The notes: generated from the sequence alone by a model not told the origin. Positions 37,543 through 48,261 are shown, numbered from the stretch's first letter. The stretch: DNA of 64,000 nt from IMGVR_UViG_3300014494_000005:284924-348923, one strand, 5' to 3'. Program-made: numbers and translations.

Positions 37543-38787
37543 ATGAAAAAAATTAATGCTGTCAAGACCGGGAATGTAATAAATTTATCAATTGATGGTA
37601 AATTGCATAAAAAGAACTGTGGTAGTTCCATAGAAGCAGACGAACTGTTCAAGCTCGTATTGATAGCAAAGGAAAATCCCACAGATGAAAATATTAAAAA
37701 TCTCCGTGCATACCTTAACGAAAGAACAAGGGTTGCAATGATGGCAGGTCTGGAAGCAGACAGTGAAACTGGTGAAGTTTATCTTGCAGGTTTCAACACG
37801 CCAATTCCAATGACTTTGGTTGAGGTAATTAAAGAATATCATGAAAATGGTTATCCATTGGATGCAATCATTAATTTCTGGAAGTTATTGATGATTAACC
37901 CCGATTTACGTGTACGTACAAGTCTTTTCGATTTTATTACAACCCATGATTTTGTCCTGACAGACAAAGGTTATATGGTTGTGTACAAAGCAGTGTACAG
38001 AAAAGATGAAAATGTTGACCATTCATTTGAAGAATTCGTTACCAATCAGGCATTGCACGTAAAGAAAAACTGGAAATGTAGTCCGAATAAGTACGTGGTA
38101 TACAAAGATTTTCAGAAAAGTTTTGATGATGATGGTGAAATTGATGATATTGATTATGAAGATTTTACCTATCAGATAACTAAAATAGAAACTGCCGAAA
38201 ACTGGAACGAAAAAGAAAAAGGTATTGAAATTATGGGTAAACTCGGTGAATTATTCTCTGCTATTGTTAATAGTGATAATCAGGAAAGCACCGAAAAGAC
38301 TGCAAAATATACCGATATGCGTACACGCAGCATGAATATTGAACTCGGTGTTCCTGTTCATATGCCACGTCACGAATGTGATAGTGACCCTGCAGTTGAT
38401 TGTTCATATGGACTTCATTGTGGTGCAACAAAGTACGTTGAAACATTCGCAGGTAGTTCAAGTGTAATACTTGTATGTCTTGTTAACCCTGCTCATGTGG
38501 TTGCCGTTCCTGATTATGACCACAGTAAAATGAGGGTTGCCGAATATTTCCCGTTTGCTTTTGCTACATATAATGATGGTAAAATTGACATCATTGAAGA
38601 AGCATATTTTGAAAATGATTATCAGGTATATGAACTCGAAGAACTGGAAAAACAAATTGAATTAATTCAGGCAAATGAAAAACCGATTGAAACTGCCATT
38701 GCTGCAGAAGAAGATGAAAGACCAATGACTGAATTAATGAAAATAATTGAGTCAAGAATTATAGATATTGAAAATTTTAAAGATTAA
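37543..38787 (+). CDS. rIIB: rIIB-like protein
   Basis: FWKLLMINP..R...LFDF...LTDKGY.V.YK...CSYGLH.G...V.VP.DY...KMRV.EY. Confidence 0.85.
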   Translation: MKKINAVKTGNVINLSIDGKLHKKNCGSSIEADELFKLVLIAKENPTDENIKNLRAYLNERTRVAMMAGLEADSETGEVYLAGFNTPIPMTLVEVIKEYHENGYPLDAIINFWKLLMINPDLRVRTSLFDFITTHDFVLTDKGYMVVYKAVYRKDENVDHSFEEFVTNQALHVKKNWKCSPNKYVVYKDFQKSFDDDGEIDDIDYEDFTYQITKIETAENWNEKEKGIEIMGKLGELFSAIVNSDNQESTEKTAKYTDMRTRSMNIELGVPVHMPRHECDSDPAVDCSYGLHCGATKYVETFAGSSSVILVCLVNPAHVVAVPDYDHSKMRVAEYFPFAFATYNDGKIDIIEEAYFENDYQVYELEELEKQIELIQANEKPIETAIAAEEDERPMTELMKIIESRIIDIENFKD

Positions 38788-38894
38788 TATTGTGTTTCTC
38801 TAATTTTAAATCCTGTACTATCAATGTACAAGATTTTTTATTATTTTTGCAACATAATGTCCAAAATTTCGTATATTAAATAAAACGAATAACT

Positions 38895-39767
38895 ATGTTT
38901 AAAACAATATCAGATAAAAAACAAAAATTAATTGATGCTAAGAATGCTTCACCATTAATATTTGGAGAAGAAATTAGTGTTAAATATAATGCTGTTAATC
39001 CTTATTTTGATAAAGAAAGAGAAAATCGGACAGTTAATTGTATGATAATTAAAATTCTTAAGAATAAAATTGTTGTTAAACATGTAGATGGTTTTATAAA
39101 TGCGCCAGTATATACAATACAAAAAGATGATATTGTTGGAAGAGAAACACTATATATTGGTGAAAATCCTTTTGATGAAAAATTTGATAGCATAAAAGCT
39201 GTTAATTTCACTCTTGAAAGTATTTTATTTAATTTAAATATTTTGGGTGAAAAAAATAATGATAAATATCATATAAATAATGTTCCAATTACTGAATTAA
39301 ATTGGAATCCTTTTATATTTTTAAAAGACGGAACAAAACAATATTATCAAAGACCATTTGTCTGGACAGTTGCTGATAAACAACTTTTAATTGAATCAAT
39401 ATATCATGGAATTGATTGCGGTAAAATATTGGTTCGAATGAGAAGTTGGAAAGAACTGGAACAAATGCAAAAAAATGGGGAAACTGAACTATCATTCAAA
39501 GACATTATTGATGGTAAGCAAAGATTAAATACCATAAAAGAATTTATGAATAATAAATTTTCCGATAGTTTTGGAAATTGTTATGGCGATTTAAGTTATT
39601 ATTCACAACATAAATTTACAAATCATCAATTGTTCAGTTATGCAGAAATGCCGGAAAATTCAAAAGATGAAGATGTACTACATCAATTTTTAAGATTAAA
39701 TTTTACTGGTATTCCTCAAAGTAAAGAACATATTGATTATGTGAAATCATTAAAATCAAAATTTTAA
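38895..39767 (+). CDS. DUF262 (GmrS/ParB-like) domain protein
   Basis: YQRPFVW, LIESI, IIDGKQRL, FLRLN; no DUF1524/HNH half. Confidence 0.85.
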   Translation: MFKTISDKKQKLIDAKNASPLIFGEEISVKYNAVNPYFDKERENRTVNCMIIKILKNKIVVKHVDGFINAPVYTIQKDDIVGRETLYIGENPFDEKFDSIKAVNFTLESILFNLNILGEKNNDKYHINNVPITELNWNPFIFLKDGTKQYYQRPFVWTVADKQLLIESIYHGIDCGKILVRMRSWKELEQMQKNGETELSFKDIIDGKQRLNTIKEFMNNKFSDSFGNCYGDLSYYSQHKFTNHQLFSYAEMPENSKDEDVLHQFLRLNFTGIPQSKEHIDYVKSLKSKF

Positions 39768-39792
39768 TATTGTAAAATAAAATAATAAACAA

Positions 39793-40020
39793 ATGAAAAT
39801 ACTATTGGAAGACTATCAAAATAAATTAAAAATAGCAGAAGAATTAGTTGCTGATAATAGAAATAATGGCAGCATTCATGACGAAAAGAGAGCAGAAAGA
39901 TTGCAGACTAAAGCCAGTGAATATCGTGCATTTATTGTCGATATTGAACGTGCAATTGCAAGAGAAGAATCTATAAGACAAAATACGTTATTAGCATTAC
40001 AAGAACTAAATAAATCATAA
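39793..40020 (+). CDS. hypothetical protein
   Basis: ORF track. Confidence 0.8.
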   Translation: MKILLEDYQNKLKIAEELVADNRNNGSIHDEKRAERLQTKASEYRAFIVDIERAIAREESIRQNTLLALQELNKS

Positions 40021-40024
40021 TTCA

Positions 40025-40327
40025 ATGGAACGTAAAACAGCAAAAGTTTATCGTAAAGAACTTGAATATCTTGAAAGAAACATTGAAAATCTTAAAAAAA
40101 GAATTTCTGAAAGACTATTGGAACTCTGTAAGCAAAATCCAGAAGCACCTGTAGCTATAAAAACAAAATTCGATGGTGGTGATACAATTTTTGCTAAATC
40201 AATTAATAATGCAAATTATATTCAATTTATTAGCGTTGATACTCGGCTTAACTTTATTGAAGTAATTGAAAAATATCTGGAAGAACAGCAACCTTATAAA
40301 CAAACTACAATTGAATTTAATAATTAA
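40025..40327 (+). CDS. hypothetical protein
   Basis: ORF track. Confidence 0.8.
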   Translation: MERKTAKVYRKELEYLERNIENLKKRISERLLELCKQNPEAPVAIKTKFDGGDTIFAKSINNANYIQFISVDTRLNFIEVIEKYLEEQQPYKQTTIEFNN

Positions 40328-40462
40328 TATCATATTATGATAATAATAGCAATATTAAAAGTATCAGCATTTATTGTTTTAATTTGTTTTTTGGGTTTTA
40401 TAGCCGAAAAAATAATTAATAGTATTAGTGATTATATAAATCAAAATAAACAATAACTAAAT

Positions 40463-40738
40463 ATGGATAATCAAGAAATAATTGAAGGCAATGAATTGAT
40501 TGCAGATTTTATGAAATCTTTAAGTCCTGATTTGCATTATCATTCTTCATGGAATTGGTTAATGCCAGTAGTTGAAAAAATAGAAGAATTAGATAATGTT
40601 TATGATGTTGAAATACATCCTAACGGAATTTGTAGTATTTTTTCCGATGAAACTTTTGAAAAAGGTGGTGAAAATACTATTGAAGCACTTTGGCTTACAG
40701 TAGTTAGCTTTATTAAATGGTATAATTTAAATAAATAA
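40463..40738 (+). CDS. conserved hypothetical phage protein
   Basis: NELIADFM...YHSSWNWLMPVVEKIE pattern. Confidence 0.85.
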   Translation: MDNQEIIEGNELIADFMKSLSPDLHYHSSWNWLMPVVEKIEELDNVYDVEIHPNGICSIFSDETFEKGGENTIEALWLTVVSFIKWYNLNK

Positions 40739-40757
40739 CAATAATTATAATAATAAC

Positions 40758-41123
<366 letters not shown>

Positions 41124-41127
<4 letters not shown>

Positions 41128-41333
41128 GTAGACCAAATTATTTAAACTGTCCAATGACTCCTGAAATTATAAATCATATAAGACAGGAACAAGAAAGATA
41201 TGATAAAAACCCGAAATTATACGAACAGCAGAAAAAAGAGGAACAAGAACTATATTTACAAGAACAAGAAGAAATGATATCTCAGATGAAACAAGAACAA
41301 GAAAGACAAGCAGAAGAATCAAAAAATTTGTAA
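41124..41333 (+). CDS. hypothetical protein
   Basis: ORF track; ATGA coupling. Confidence 0.75.
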
Positions 41334-41408
41334 TAATTTCGCTGATTTAACGTATAATAATTCATAAAAACATTTAGTTTTAGTATTAACCAAAAAAATT
41401 TATACACA

Positions 41409-41789
41409 ATGAAAACAATTAAATCAAAAATTAATGAATTATTGCTGTTATCAGCAAAAAAAATCGAAAGAAAAGATTATTTCAAGGGTTTAAAAGCCAA
41501 AATGGATACACAGGAAGTAATCATGAATGAACTCAAAGCACTGGCAAAAGCAAATAAGACGCTTTTAGGTCGTATTATTAAATTTCCTCGTGCAGATTCA
41601 TATGCATTTTATGTTGTTACAAAAGTAAATAAAAGAAGTGTTCGTATTGACTGGTTGGATTTTTGTGATGCTTGGATTGATGACCGTTGCGGTAAAGCAG
41701 CAATGTTAGGTATTGATTATGCAAGACAACAAATTCATGGTGAAGATGTACTTGATGAAATGTTTTCAAAAAAGAAAGTAATTGCTTAA
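41409..41789 (+). CDS. hypothetical protein
   Basis: ORF track; promoter 41329. Confidence 0.85.
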   Translation: MKTIKSKINELLLLSAKKIERKDYFKGLKAKMDTQEVIMNELKALAKANKTLLGRIIKFPRADSYAFYVVTKVNKRSVRIDWLDFCDAWIDDRCGKAAMLGIDYARQQIHGEDVLDEMFSKKKVIA

Positions 41790-41938
41790 ATAATATAAGG
41801 TCATTCATTTAAACAATGGATGACCTTGTTTTTTAAATAACGAAATTGAAATTGTTGAAGGAAAAAATTTTTATTTCTGAAACTAATTATTACTTTTAAC
41901 CATTAAATTATAACTAATATATAAATTTTACTTAAGAT

Positions 41939-42388
41939 ATGCCTAACATAAACTACATAATCGGAGACGCAACACAACCACAGGGAGAAGGTAATAAAAT
42001 ACTATGTCATGTGGTCAATACTTTAGGTTTTTGGGGAAAAGGTTTTGTGATTGCTCTTAGTAATCGTTGGAAAATGCCGGAAGTAGCATATAAATTAAAA
42101 AAGAAATATATTCTTGGTGAGGTTGATTTCGTTCGTGTAGAAAACGATATTGTTGTAGCAAATATGATTGCACAACATGGTATTCGTTCCGCAGGAAATG
42201 ATACACCAATAGATTATAATGCAGTACGTACTTGTTTAAATGCTGTTAATGATATGGCGTTTCGTACTGGTGCAACAATACACATGCCTCGTATTGGCTG
42301 TGGTTTAGCGGGGGGTAAATGGGAAGAAATTGAAAAAATAATAAAACATGTAATGTCTGTTGATGTTTATGTATATGATTTAAAATAA
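41939..42388 (+). CDS. macrodomain ADP-ribosylhydrolase (Poa1p/TARG1/DarG-like)
   Basis: YIIGDAT, HVVN..G.WGKGF, IHMPRIGCGLAGGKW. Confidence 0.9.
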   Translation: MPNINYIIGDATQPQGEGNKILCHVVNTLGFWGKGFVIALSNRWKMPEVAYKLKKKYILGEVDFVRVENDIVVANMIAQHGIRSAGNDTPIDYNAVRTCLNAVNDMAFRTGATIHMPRIGCGLAGGKWEEIEKIIKHVMSVDVYVYDLK

Positions 42389-42466
42389 AAACATTCTTAA
42401 AAAGAAAGGAAGAAGTAGATGCTAAAATAGCAAAAAATAACTGTATTATCTCATATCTCAGCAATT

Positions 42467-42883
42467 ATGTTACAAAAAGAAGAGTATATTACTCATGATT
42501 TTAAATTACCAAATCACAGTAATGAACTAAGTAAAGCAACAGATTTCATTGAAAATTTAAAACAGAAAATCGAAAAATTAAAAACTGAAAAATCAATTAA
42601 TGGCAATGTACACACTACAGTATACGAAGAAGTAATTAGAGTATTGGATTATGTAGGTAGATTAAGCATGCCAGCATTTGAAATTGAAGACCGGATGCGT
42701 GAAATGTACATCATGCAATACAAGCATTCACCTCAGTTAGCAAAGAAATTATGGATTGACCATTATGAAAAAATTCATCATCCATATACATTATTAAAGA
42801 ATAGATGTTTTAGATTGCTTGATGAATTAGATGCAATGTACTTTAAGAAGTTTAAGAAACAACCACCTAATTGGAATTATTAA
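42467..42883 (+). CDS. hypothetical protein
   Basis: ORF track. Confidence 0.8.
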   Translation: MLQKEEYITHDFKLPNHSNELSKATDFIENLKQKIEKLKTEKSINGNVHTTVYEEVIRVLDYVGRLSMPAFEIEDRMREMYIMQYKHSPQLAKKLWIDHYEKIHHPYTLLKNRCFRLLDELDAMYFKKFKKQPPNWNY

Positions 42884-43012
42884 AATAATCGGGACACAAT
42901 GTCCTGATTATTGTCCAGATAATGTTCGTTTACTATTGTACTGATTTTAATTAAGATTTGTATTGTACACATGGATATAATATCCAAGTTAATGTTCATG
43001 CTTATGTACTAA

Positions 43013-43303
43013 TTATTTTTTAGGATTTAATCTACTTTCTTTAGGAAATGGAGTTTCATCACAATTAAATGTTTCAGTTGCTTTGCTTTTATCAACCATG
43101 ATACCAATTTTATTTTTAGTATCTGATAATATATTATCAATTTCTCCAATATTCAATACAATATTTTCATCATCGGCATCTGAATTTATACTTTTAATAT
43201 CTAATACATATGCACCATTGTTTTTATAAGAGAAGTTAATAATAACGTCCCTATATACTAATTTTCTTTCAGTAATAAAATCGATTATATCTTTGCCCAA
43301 CAT
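43013..43303 (-). CDS. hypothetical protein
   Basis: ORF track. Confidence 0.75.
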   Translation of the reverse strand: MLGKDIIDFITERKLVYRDVIINFSYKNNGAYVLDIKSINSDADDENIVLNIGEIDNILSDTKNKIGIMVDKSKATETFNCDETPFPKESRLNPKK

Positions 43304-43403
43304 AGTTTTAATTATTATTTTATTTTATTTCTTCGATGAATCCACCAAAGTATACAAATCAATATACAAACAACTATAATGTCTATATCATCATTAGTTA
43401 AAT

Positions 43404-43586
43404 TCATATTAAATGTTTTTGTTTAAGTAATTTTAAACATTTTTCACAAGTAACATATTCAGGTATACTTGTTGAATTAGGATAATAGATAGGTATTGCA
43501 AGTTTTTTCTTACAAAGAGTATAAAAATAGAATCTTTCTATATCTCCTTTAGTTAATTTGTGAAAATGTATTTCTTCTTCTTTCAT
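43404..43586 (-). CDS. small hypothetical protein (H...C...CxxC)
   Basis: ORF track. Confidence 0.7.
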   Translation of the reverse strand: MKEEEIHFHKLTKGDIERFYFYTLCKKKLAIPIYYPNSTSIPEYVTCEKCLKLLKQKHLI

Positions 43587-43589
43587 AAT

Positions 43590-43790
43590 TTATTTTGGTA
43601 TCCAATCCCAATGAGTTGGTTTAAGTTCTTTTTTTATTGTTTCATTTTGCTTAATCATCCAATTTCCATTCTTATATATTCCAGTACTTTCCCATCCTTC
43701 ACGTTCTGGTGCTCCAGTTCCAGTTATCATATGTTTTAGTTTAACTCTTATTCCTTCGTGAGGTCTACTATTTTTTAATGAACGCCACAT
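43590..43790 (-). CDS. small hypothetical protein
   Basis: W-rich termini (MWRS...PTHWDWIP). Confidence 0.75.
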   Translation of the reverse strand: MWRSLKNSRPHEGIRVKLKHMITGTGAPEREGWESTGIYKNGNWMIKQNETIKKELKPTHWDWIPK

Positions 43791-43801
43791 AATTTTATTT
43801 G

Positions 43802-44863
43802 TTATTCGGATATTTTTTCTCTATTATTATTTTTTAATGCAAATCCGGTTGTTGTTTTTTTATTATATTTTGTACTGGAAATATATTCTCCCATATTTTG
43901 TAATTCTCGAATAGATTCATCCATATCTTTTCCAAAAATAAAAACTGATTTAATTAACTCACCTAGATGTGATAAAGATAGTCCTTCAGTTTTATCCACC
44001 ATTTCCTGAATATTAATTTTTTTCATATCATCATCTTTTATTTTATGTTCGAAGTAATATCTTCTAATATTTGCTTCAGGATGACCGATATAATATCGTT
44101 TATCAAATCTACTTGGTCTATTTAATATTCTTTCTTTTAATCTTTCGGGATAATTAGTACAGCCAAGATAAACAATATTTTGTGATTGATAAAAACCATC
44201 AAGTATATTCAATATTCTTGTTTCATTTTCTTGATATTCAAGTAATCCATCAAGGTCTTCAATTATTGTTAAGATTGGTGTATTTTCTTCTATTATTCTA
44301 AAAAATTTAGTAACTGCATCAAAATAAATTTCCAAATCTCTACTAGATTTAATTGAAAAAACAACTCCTTGTTTAGTATCAATTATCATTTGTGTTAATA
44401 ATGCACCTAAACAAGTTTTACCATTTCCTGCCGGACCGTGAAGTAAAATACCTCTTTTATATGCGAATTTATATTTCTTGAATTTATCTTCATTATCCCA
44501 AAAATATTCCATATCATTTAAAATTTGTTTAAATAATGGATTTGGTAAATTCAGTAGTTCATCCAATTCAAGTTTTTGTTTATTAAAAATATAAACTCCT
44601 CCATTTCCGTCCCAACTTATATCATAAATCCCTGCAGGTAATTTTTTTCTAATTATTAATGGGGAAGTTGGAATATAATTATTATTTTTTGCTTCAATCC
44701 ATTCACAATAATTATCTAAATTAGATGATTTTCTTTCTTCAATTGCATCTATCTTACATTCAATTGCTTCTTCTCTTGTTGGTATGAAAATATCTTCTTT
44801 AGTTTCTTCATATTTATTTTTTTTGGCTAAATCTTTTAATTCTTGAATTCTTTTTTTATCCAT
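43802..44863 (-). CDS. AAA+ ATPase
   Basis: Walker A GPAGNGKT, Walker B IIEDLD, second region of homology ILNRPSRFD. Confidence 0.95.
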   Translation of the reverse strand: MDKKRIQELKDLAKKNKYEETKEDIFIPTREEAIECKIDAIEERKSSNLDNYCEWIEAKNNNYIPTSPLIIRKKLPAGIYDISWDGNGGVYIFNKQKLELDELLNLPNPLFKQILNDMEYFWDNEDKFKKYKFAYKRGILLHGPAGNGKTCLGALLTQMIIDTKQGVVFSIKSSRDLEIYFDAVTKFFRIIEENTPILTIIEDLDGLLEYQENETRILNILDGFYQSQNIVYLGCTNYPERLKERILNRPSRFDKRYYIGHPEANIRRYYFEHKIKDDDMKKINIQEMVDKTEGLSLSHLGELIKSVFIFGKDMDESIRELQNMGEYISSTKYNKKTTTGFALKNNNREKISE

Positions 44864-44892
44864 TTTTATCCATTTTTATTGTTTTTTATTTG

Positions 44893-45111
44893 TTATTCAA
44901 TACCCAGCATTTTGCCAGTAATTGAAAATATTTTATCTTCTACCATTGATAATACTTTACGTTTTTTCTTAAGATATGAAGTATATTGTCCCATGTGATA
45001 AGTATTTTGTTGACTTTCATTCAATAAATAAAATGTTTGAATGCCCTCAATTAATCTTTCTCGATGGTTATTTAATTTTTCTAATTCTGTAAGTTTCTTA
45101 TGTTTTGCCAT
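44893..45111 (-). CDS. hypothetical protein
   Basis: ORF track. Confidence 0.75.
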   Translation of the reverse strand: MAKHKKLTELEKLNNHRERLIEGIQTFYLLNESQQNTYHMGQYTSYLKKKRKVLSMVEDKIFSITGKMLGIE

Positions 45112-45113
45112 AA

Positions 45114-45344
45114 TTATTCTTTATAACAATGCTTACAATATGGATTATCAAAACTATCTGGTGGTAACACATATTCATGTTTACCTGTAGGACTTTTGAT
45201 ACATTCAGGTCTTTTCTCATATTCCAATAAAAAAGCAATAACTTCATCAACAAAATAGACTTTATCTTGTTTCCAAGTAGTTAAGCCAATTTTATTTATT
45301 AGTTCTTCTTCTTTACTTCTTAACCATTTTTCGACATCACTCAT
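45114..45344 (-). CDS. hypothetical protein
   Basis: ORF track. Confidence 0.75.
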   Translation of the reverse strand: MSDVEKWLRSKEEELINKIGLTTWKQDKVYFVDEVIAFLLEYEKRPECIKSPTGKHEYVLPPDSFDNPYCKHCYKE

Positions 45345-45362
45345 ATTTTTTCTAATTTTTTA

Positions 45363-45599
45363 TTATTTACAATCAGTTTTGGTTTCAGCAAAACAAGAAA
45401 GAAGCCACATTCCATATTTTTTATCAAGCATTACTCCATGTATAACTTCTGGCATGAACATATTGAATGTATTTGACCATTTACTTGGTGTTTTAACAAC
45501 TTCATGTATTGTGACTTTCTCTCCTAATTTAAGCACTATTCCACCTGCAATATCAATAATATCGTGGCCAACAGTTAATTCATCACCGACTGCAATCAT
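45363..45599 (-). CDS. hypothetical protein
   Basis: ORF track. Confidence 0.75.
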   Translation of the reverse strand: MIAVGDELTVGHDIIDIAGGIVLKLGEKVTIHEVVKTPSKWSNTFNMFMPEVIHGVMLDKKYGMWLLSCFAETKTDCK

Positions 45600-47175
45600 T
45601 TTTAATTTCTTTAGTTTTATTTTCGATTACATTTTTCCATTTAATTGACTTAAATTTGTCATCAATTTTTAATATAACTCCTTTTGAACATATCATTTCA
45701 ACAGTTCCTTCACAAACTTTTCCATGATGTGAAACAATAAAAATATCATGAAGTGTAGTTAATGTTTTTAAAGTTATTGATTTGCAACCAAATTCAACAA
45801 ACTTATCGTTTTCATATATTTCAGCATTATAGCCAGAAATAGTAATATTCCTTTCATTAAAATTTTTTTTTTCTTCTTGTGTTGCATAACGAACAGCATT
45901 GTCATAAACATCTTTACTATTTCTCCATAAAACATCACGAGAAGGAGAATAATAATCTATTGATATGATTTTAAAAATCAATCCTGATTCATATCCTGCT
46001 CCACCATAGTTAATATCACTAGAATTACCAACAGTTTCAAATCCCGGTAAACAAACAACTATATCATCTACTTTATAGTTGGGTTTATTAAATGTTTCTA
46101 TTTCTTCTTGTGTAGCGTAACGAACAGCATTATCAAAAATACCATAACCAACTGTTGGAAATAAAACAGTATAGTCAGGATATTCATCTATTTTTCTAAT
46201 CTTAAAAACCAATCCTGATTCATATCCTGCTCCACCATAAATTTTACCATATGCATTATTATCATTAAATCCCGGTAAACAAACAACAATATCATCAATT
46301 TTATAATGTGGCATGACCACTTTTACTGGAGTTACTTTAGGTTTTAAATGTTTAAATGTTTCTTCAATATGTTTAAGTTCTGCTTCAAGATTTTCTTTTA
46401 ATCCTTTTAATTCATTATAGTTAATTTTTTCACAACCAATTGTTTGAATGATATATTCTATACCTTCATTGTCTTTTAGAATATAACATGTTTCAACATT
46501 CCATGATATAAATTCCTTTACTATTTCAAGAATATCACCATTTTTTGCAATTGGTTTATTTAACCAAAAATGATATTTAGTACAACCCAATTCTTTAGCA
46601 TCTTGACGCTGAGAATAACTTTTTCCAGCATTAATTACTTTTACAAATTCTTTACTTTCCATTGTTTTAGTTTTATTAGCAATATCATTTGTTTCTTTAT
46701 TATAATATAATTCTTTCCATTCATTAAATAATAAAACAGGAAGATGTTTATATTCGTTTGGAATTATATTGAAAATATTGACACCTTCATTAGAATCTCT
46801 TTCAGTATGTTTATATTTTATAACATAATTCCAATGACTCCATCTATTTTTACCACTATTTGGATGTAAAGTATTTACTACTTTAGTGGTTTCTTCCATA
46901 TTTTCGCATTTTACAATATATTCTTGAGGTAATTTATCTAATTTTGGAAGTAATTCGCAAACATCAAGCAATGTTTCTTCACTAAATCCATATTCTTTAC
47001 CATCAATTTCAATTAATAATCCAGTAAAACCAATACAATCTTTTTTATTTTTAACAATACCAACTACTGGATATTTAAAATTTACTCCAATCGGATTATT
47101 ATTAGAAAATTCACTTGACCATGTAATGGGATTTTTATTTATTCTAATTCTATCACCAATATTTAATGTTTTCAT
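45583..47175 (-). CDS. multi-module hypothetical protein with 77-aa internal duplication
   Basis: YK.DDIVVCLPGF...YGGAGYESGL.FKI...DNAVRYATQEE twice; DNA period 231 nt. Confidence 0.85.
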   Translation of the reverse strand: MKTLNIGDRIRINKNPITWSSEFSNNNPIGVNFKYPVVGIVKNKKDCIGFTGLLIEIDGKEYGFSEETLLDVCELLPKLDKLPQEYIVKCENMEETTKVVNTLHPNSGKNRWSHWNYVIKYKHTERDSNEGVNIFNIIPNEYKHLPVLLFNEWKELYYNKETNDIANKTKTMESKEFVKVINAGKSYSQRQDAKELGCTKYHFWLNKPIAKNGDILEIVKEFISWNVETCYILKDNEGIEYIIQTIGCEKINYNELKGLKENLEAELKHIEETFKHLKPKVTPVKVVMPHYKIDDIVVCLPGFNDNNAYGKIYGGAGYESGLVFKIRKIDEYPDYTVLFPTVGYGIFDNAVRYATQEEIETFNKPNYKVDDIVVCLPGFETVGNSSDINYGGAGYESGLIFKIISIDYYSPSRDVLWRNSKDVYDNAVRYATQEEKKNFNERNITISGYNAEIYENDKFVEFGCKSITLKTLTTLHDIFIVSHHGKVCEGTVEMICSKGVILKIDDKFKSIKWKNVIENKTKEIKNDCSR

Positions 47176-47184
47176 GTTTTTGAT

Positions 47185-47685
47185 TTATTTAATTTTTCCA
47201 ATAATTTTATATTTACCATCAAGGTATTGCCCATCAATAATTAATTTTTGAGCTTCTTTGCAATTATCAATATATGAACATTCCCATGCAACATCTTGTG
47301 GTCGTTCAATAATTTTTTCGGCTTGTTCTTTAGTATATTTACCCGCTTTAGATATATTAGTAGTATAACCTTTAGAATCAATTGCCCACCATGCTATTGC
47401 ATTACCAACATATCCGTTTTGAATATAATACATTTCTTCTTTTATATCTTGTTTTTTAATAATTGCTTTTTTCTTTTCACAAATTTCTTTTACATCTTCT
47501 CTCATATCAATACCATACCATTCTTTAATACCTTTTGCAACTGCTTCGGCTGTTTCATGGTCACCATTAAGTTCGCATATCTCTGCAACCATAGCTTTGG
47601 GAAATAATTTTCGTTCTGATTCACTATGTGCTTTAACATATCTTAAGAACGTTTTTTCATCCATGTCGCCATTATAATACTTCAT
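47185..47685 (-). CDS. hypothetical protein
   Basis: C-terminal YVGNAIAWWA...GYTT.I.KAG.Y phage motif. Confidence 0.8.
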   Translation of the reverse strand: MKYYNGDMDEKTFLRYVKAHSESERKLFPKAMVAEICELNGDHETAEAVAKGIKEWYGIDMREDVKEICEKKKAIIKKQDIKEEMYYIQNGYVGNAIAWWAIDSKGYTTNISKAGKYTKEQAEKIIERPQDVAWECSYIDNCKEAQKLIIDGQYLDGKYKIIGKIK

Positions 47686-47689
47686 AATT

Positions 47690-48007
47690 TTAATTTTCTT
47701 TAGGTATATATTTTTTCATTAATGATTTATATTTTGGTAAATGAATTAGTTTAACTCTATGGCATAATTCAATAATAACTGCTTCAGCCATTTTCACTTT
47801 AGTTCCTTTTTTTAAATTCTTATTATGAGAATCTACACAAACCAAAGTATAAATTCTATTTATTCCCCATTCATTAGATTTTTCTTCAACACCTTGTGTT
47901 TCCCAAATGCCGTTTGATATTATATGATTAGGAATATCATTCTTATAATAATCAACATCCAGCATCCACAATGTAAGTAATTTTACTTTTGGTTTGGTGT
48001 TATTCAT
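47690..48007 (-). CDS. hypothetical protein
   Basis: ORF track. Confidence 0.75.
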   Translation of the reverse strand: MNNTKPKVKLLTLWMLDVDYYKNDIPNHIISNGIWETQGVEEKSNEWGINRIYTLVCVDSHNKNLKKGTKVKMAEAVIIELCHRVKLIHLPKYKSLMKKYIPKEN

Positions 48008-48261
48008 AATTTTATTTTATTATCTTTTGCAAATTGTTCTAAATATTTTTTAACGCTCGTTAGAATTTGTTTTTTTGTTAATTTACTTTCTTTACAAACA
48101 AGTTCTTCACTTATGTTTTTATATAATTCTCTCACTAATTCAAGTAATTCTTTCTCTTTGTTATAGTTCAATTCAAAAGTTAAATCAATTAATTTAGTAG
48201 ATAAATCATCGTTTTCTTTTTCAAGTTCTTCTATCCTATTATTTCTTTCTTCATTTTCCAT
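48004..48261 (-). CDS. hypothetical coiled-coil protein
   Basis: ORF track. Confidence 0.75.
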   Translation of the reverse strand: MENEERNNRIEELEKENDDLSTKLIDLTFELNYNKEKELLELVRELYKNISEELVCKESKLTKKQILTSVKKYLEQFAKDNKIKL

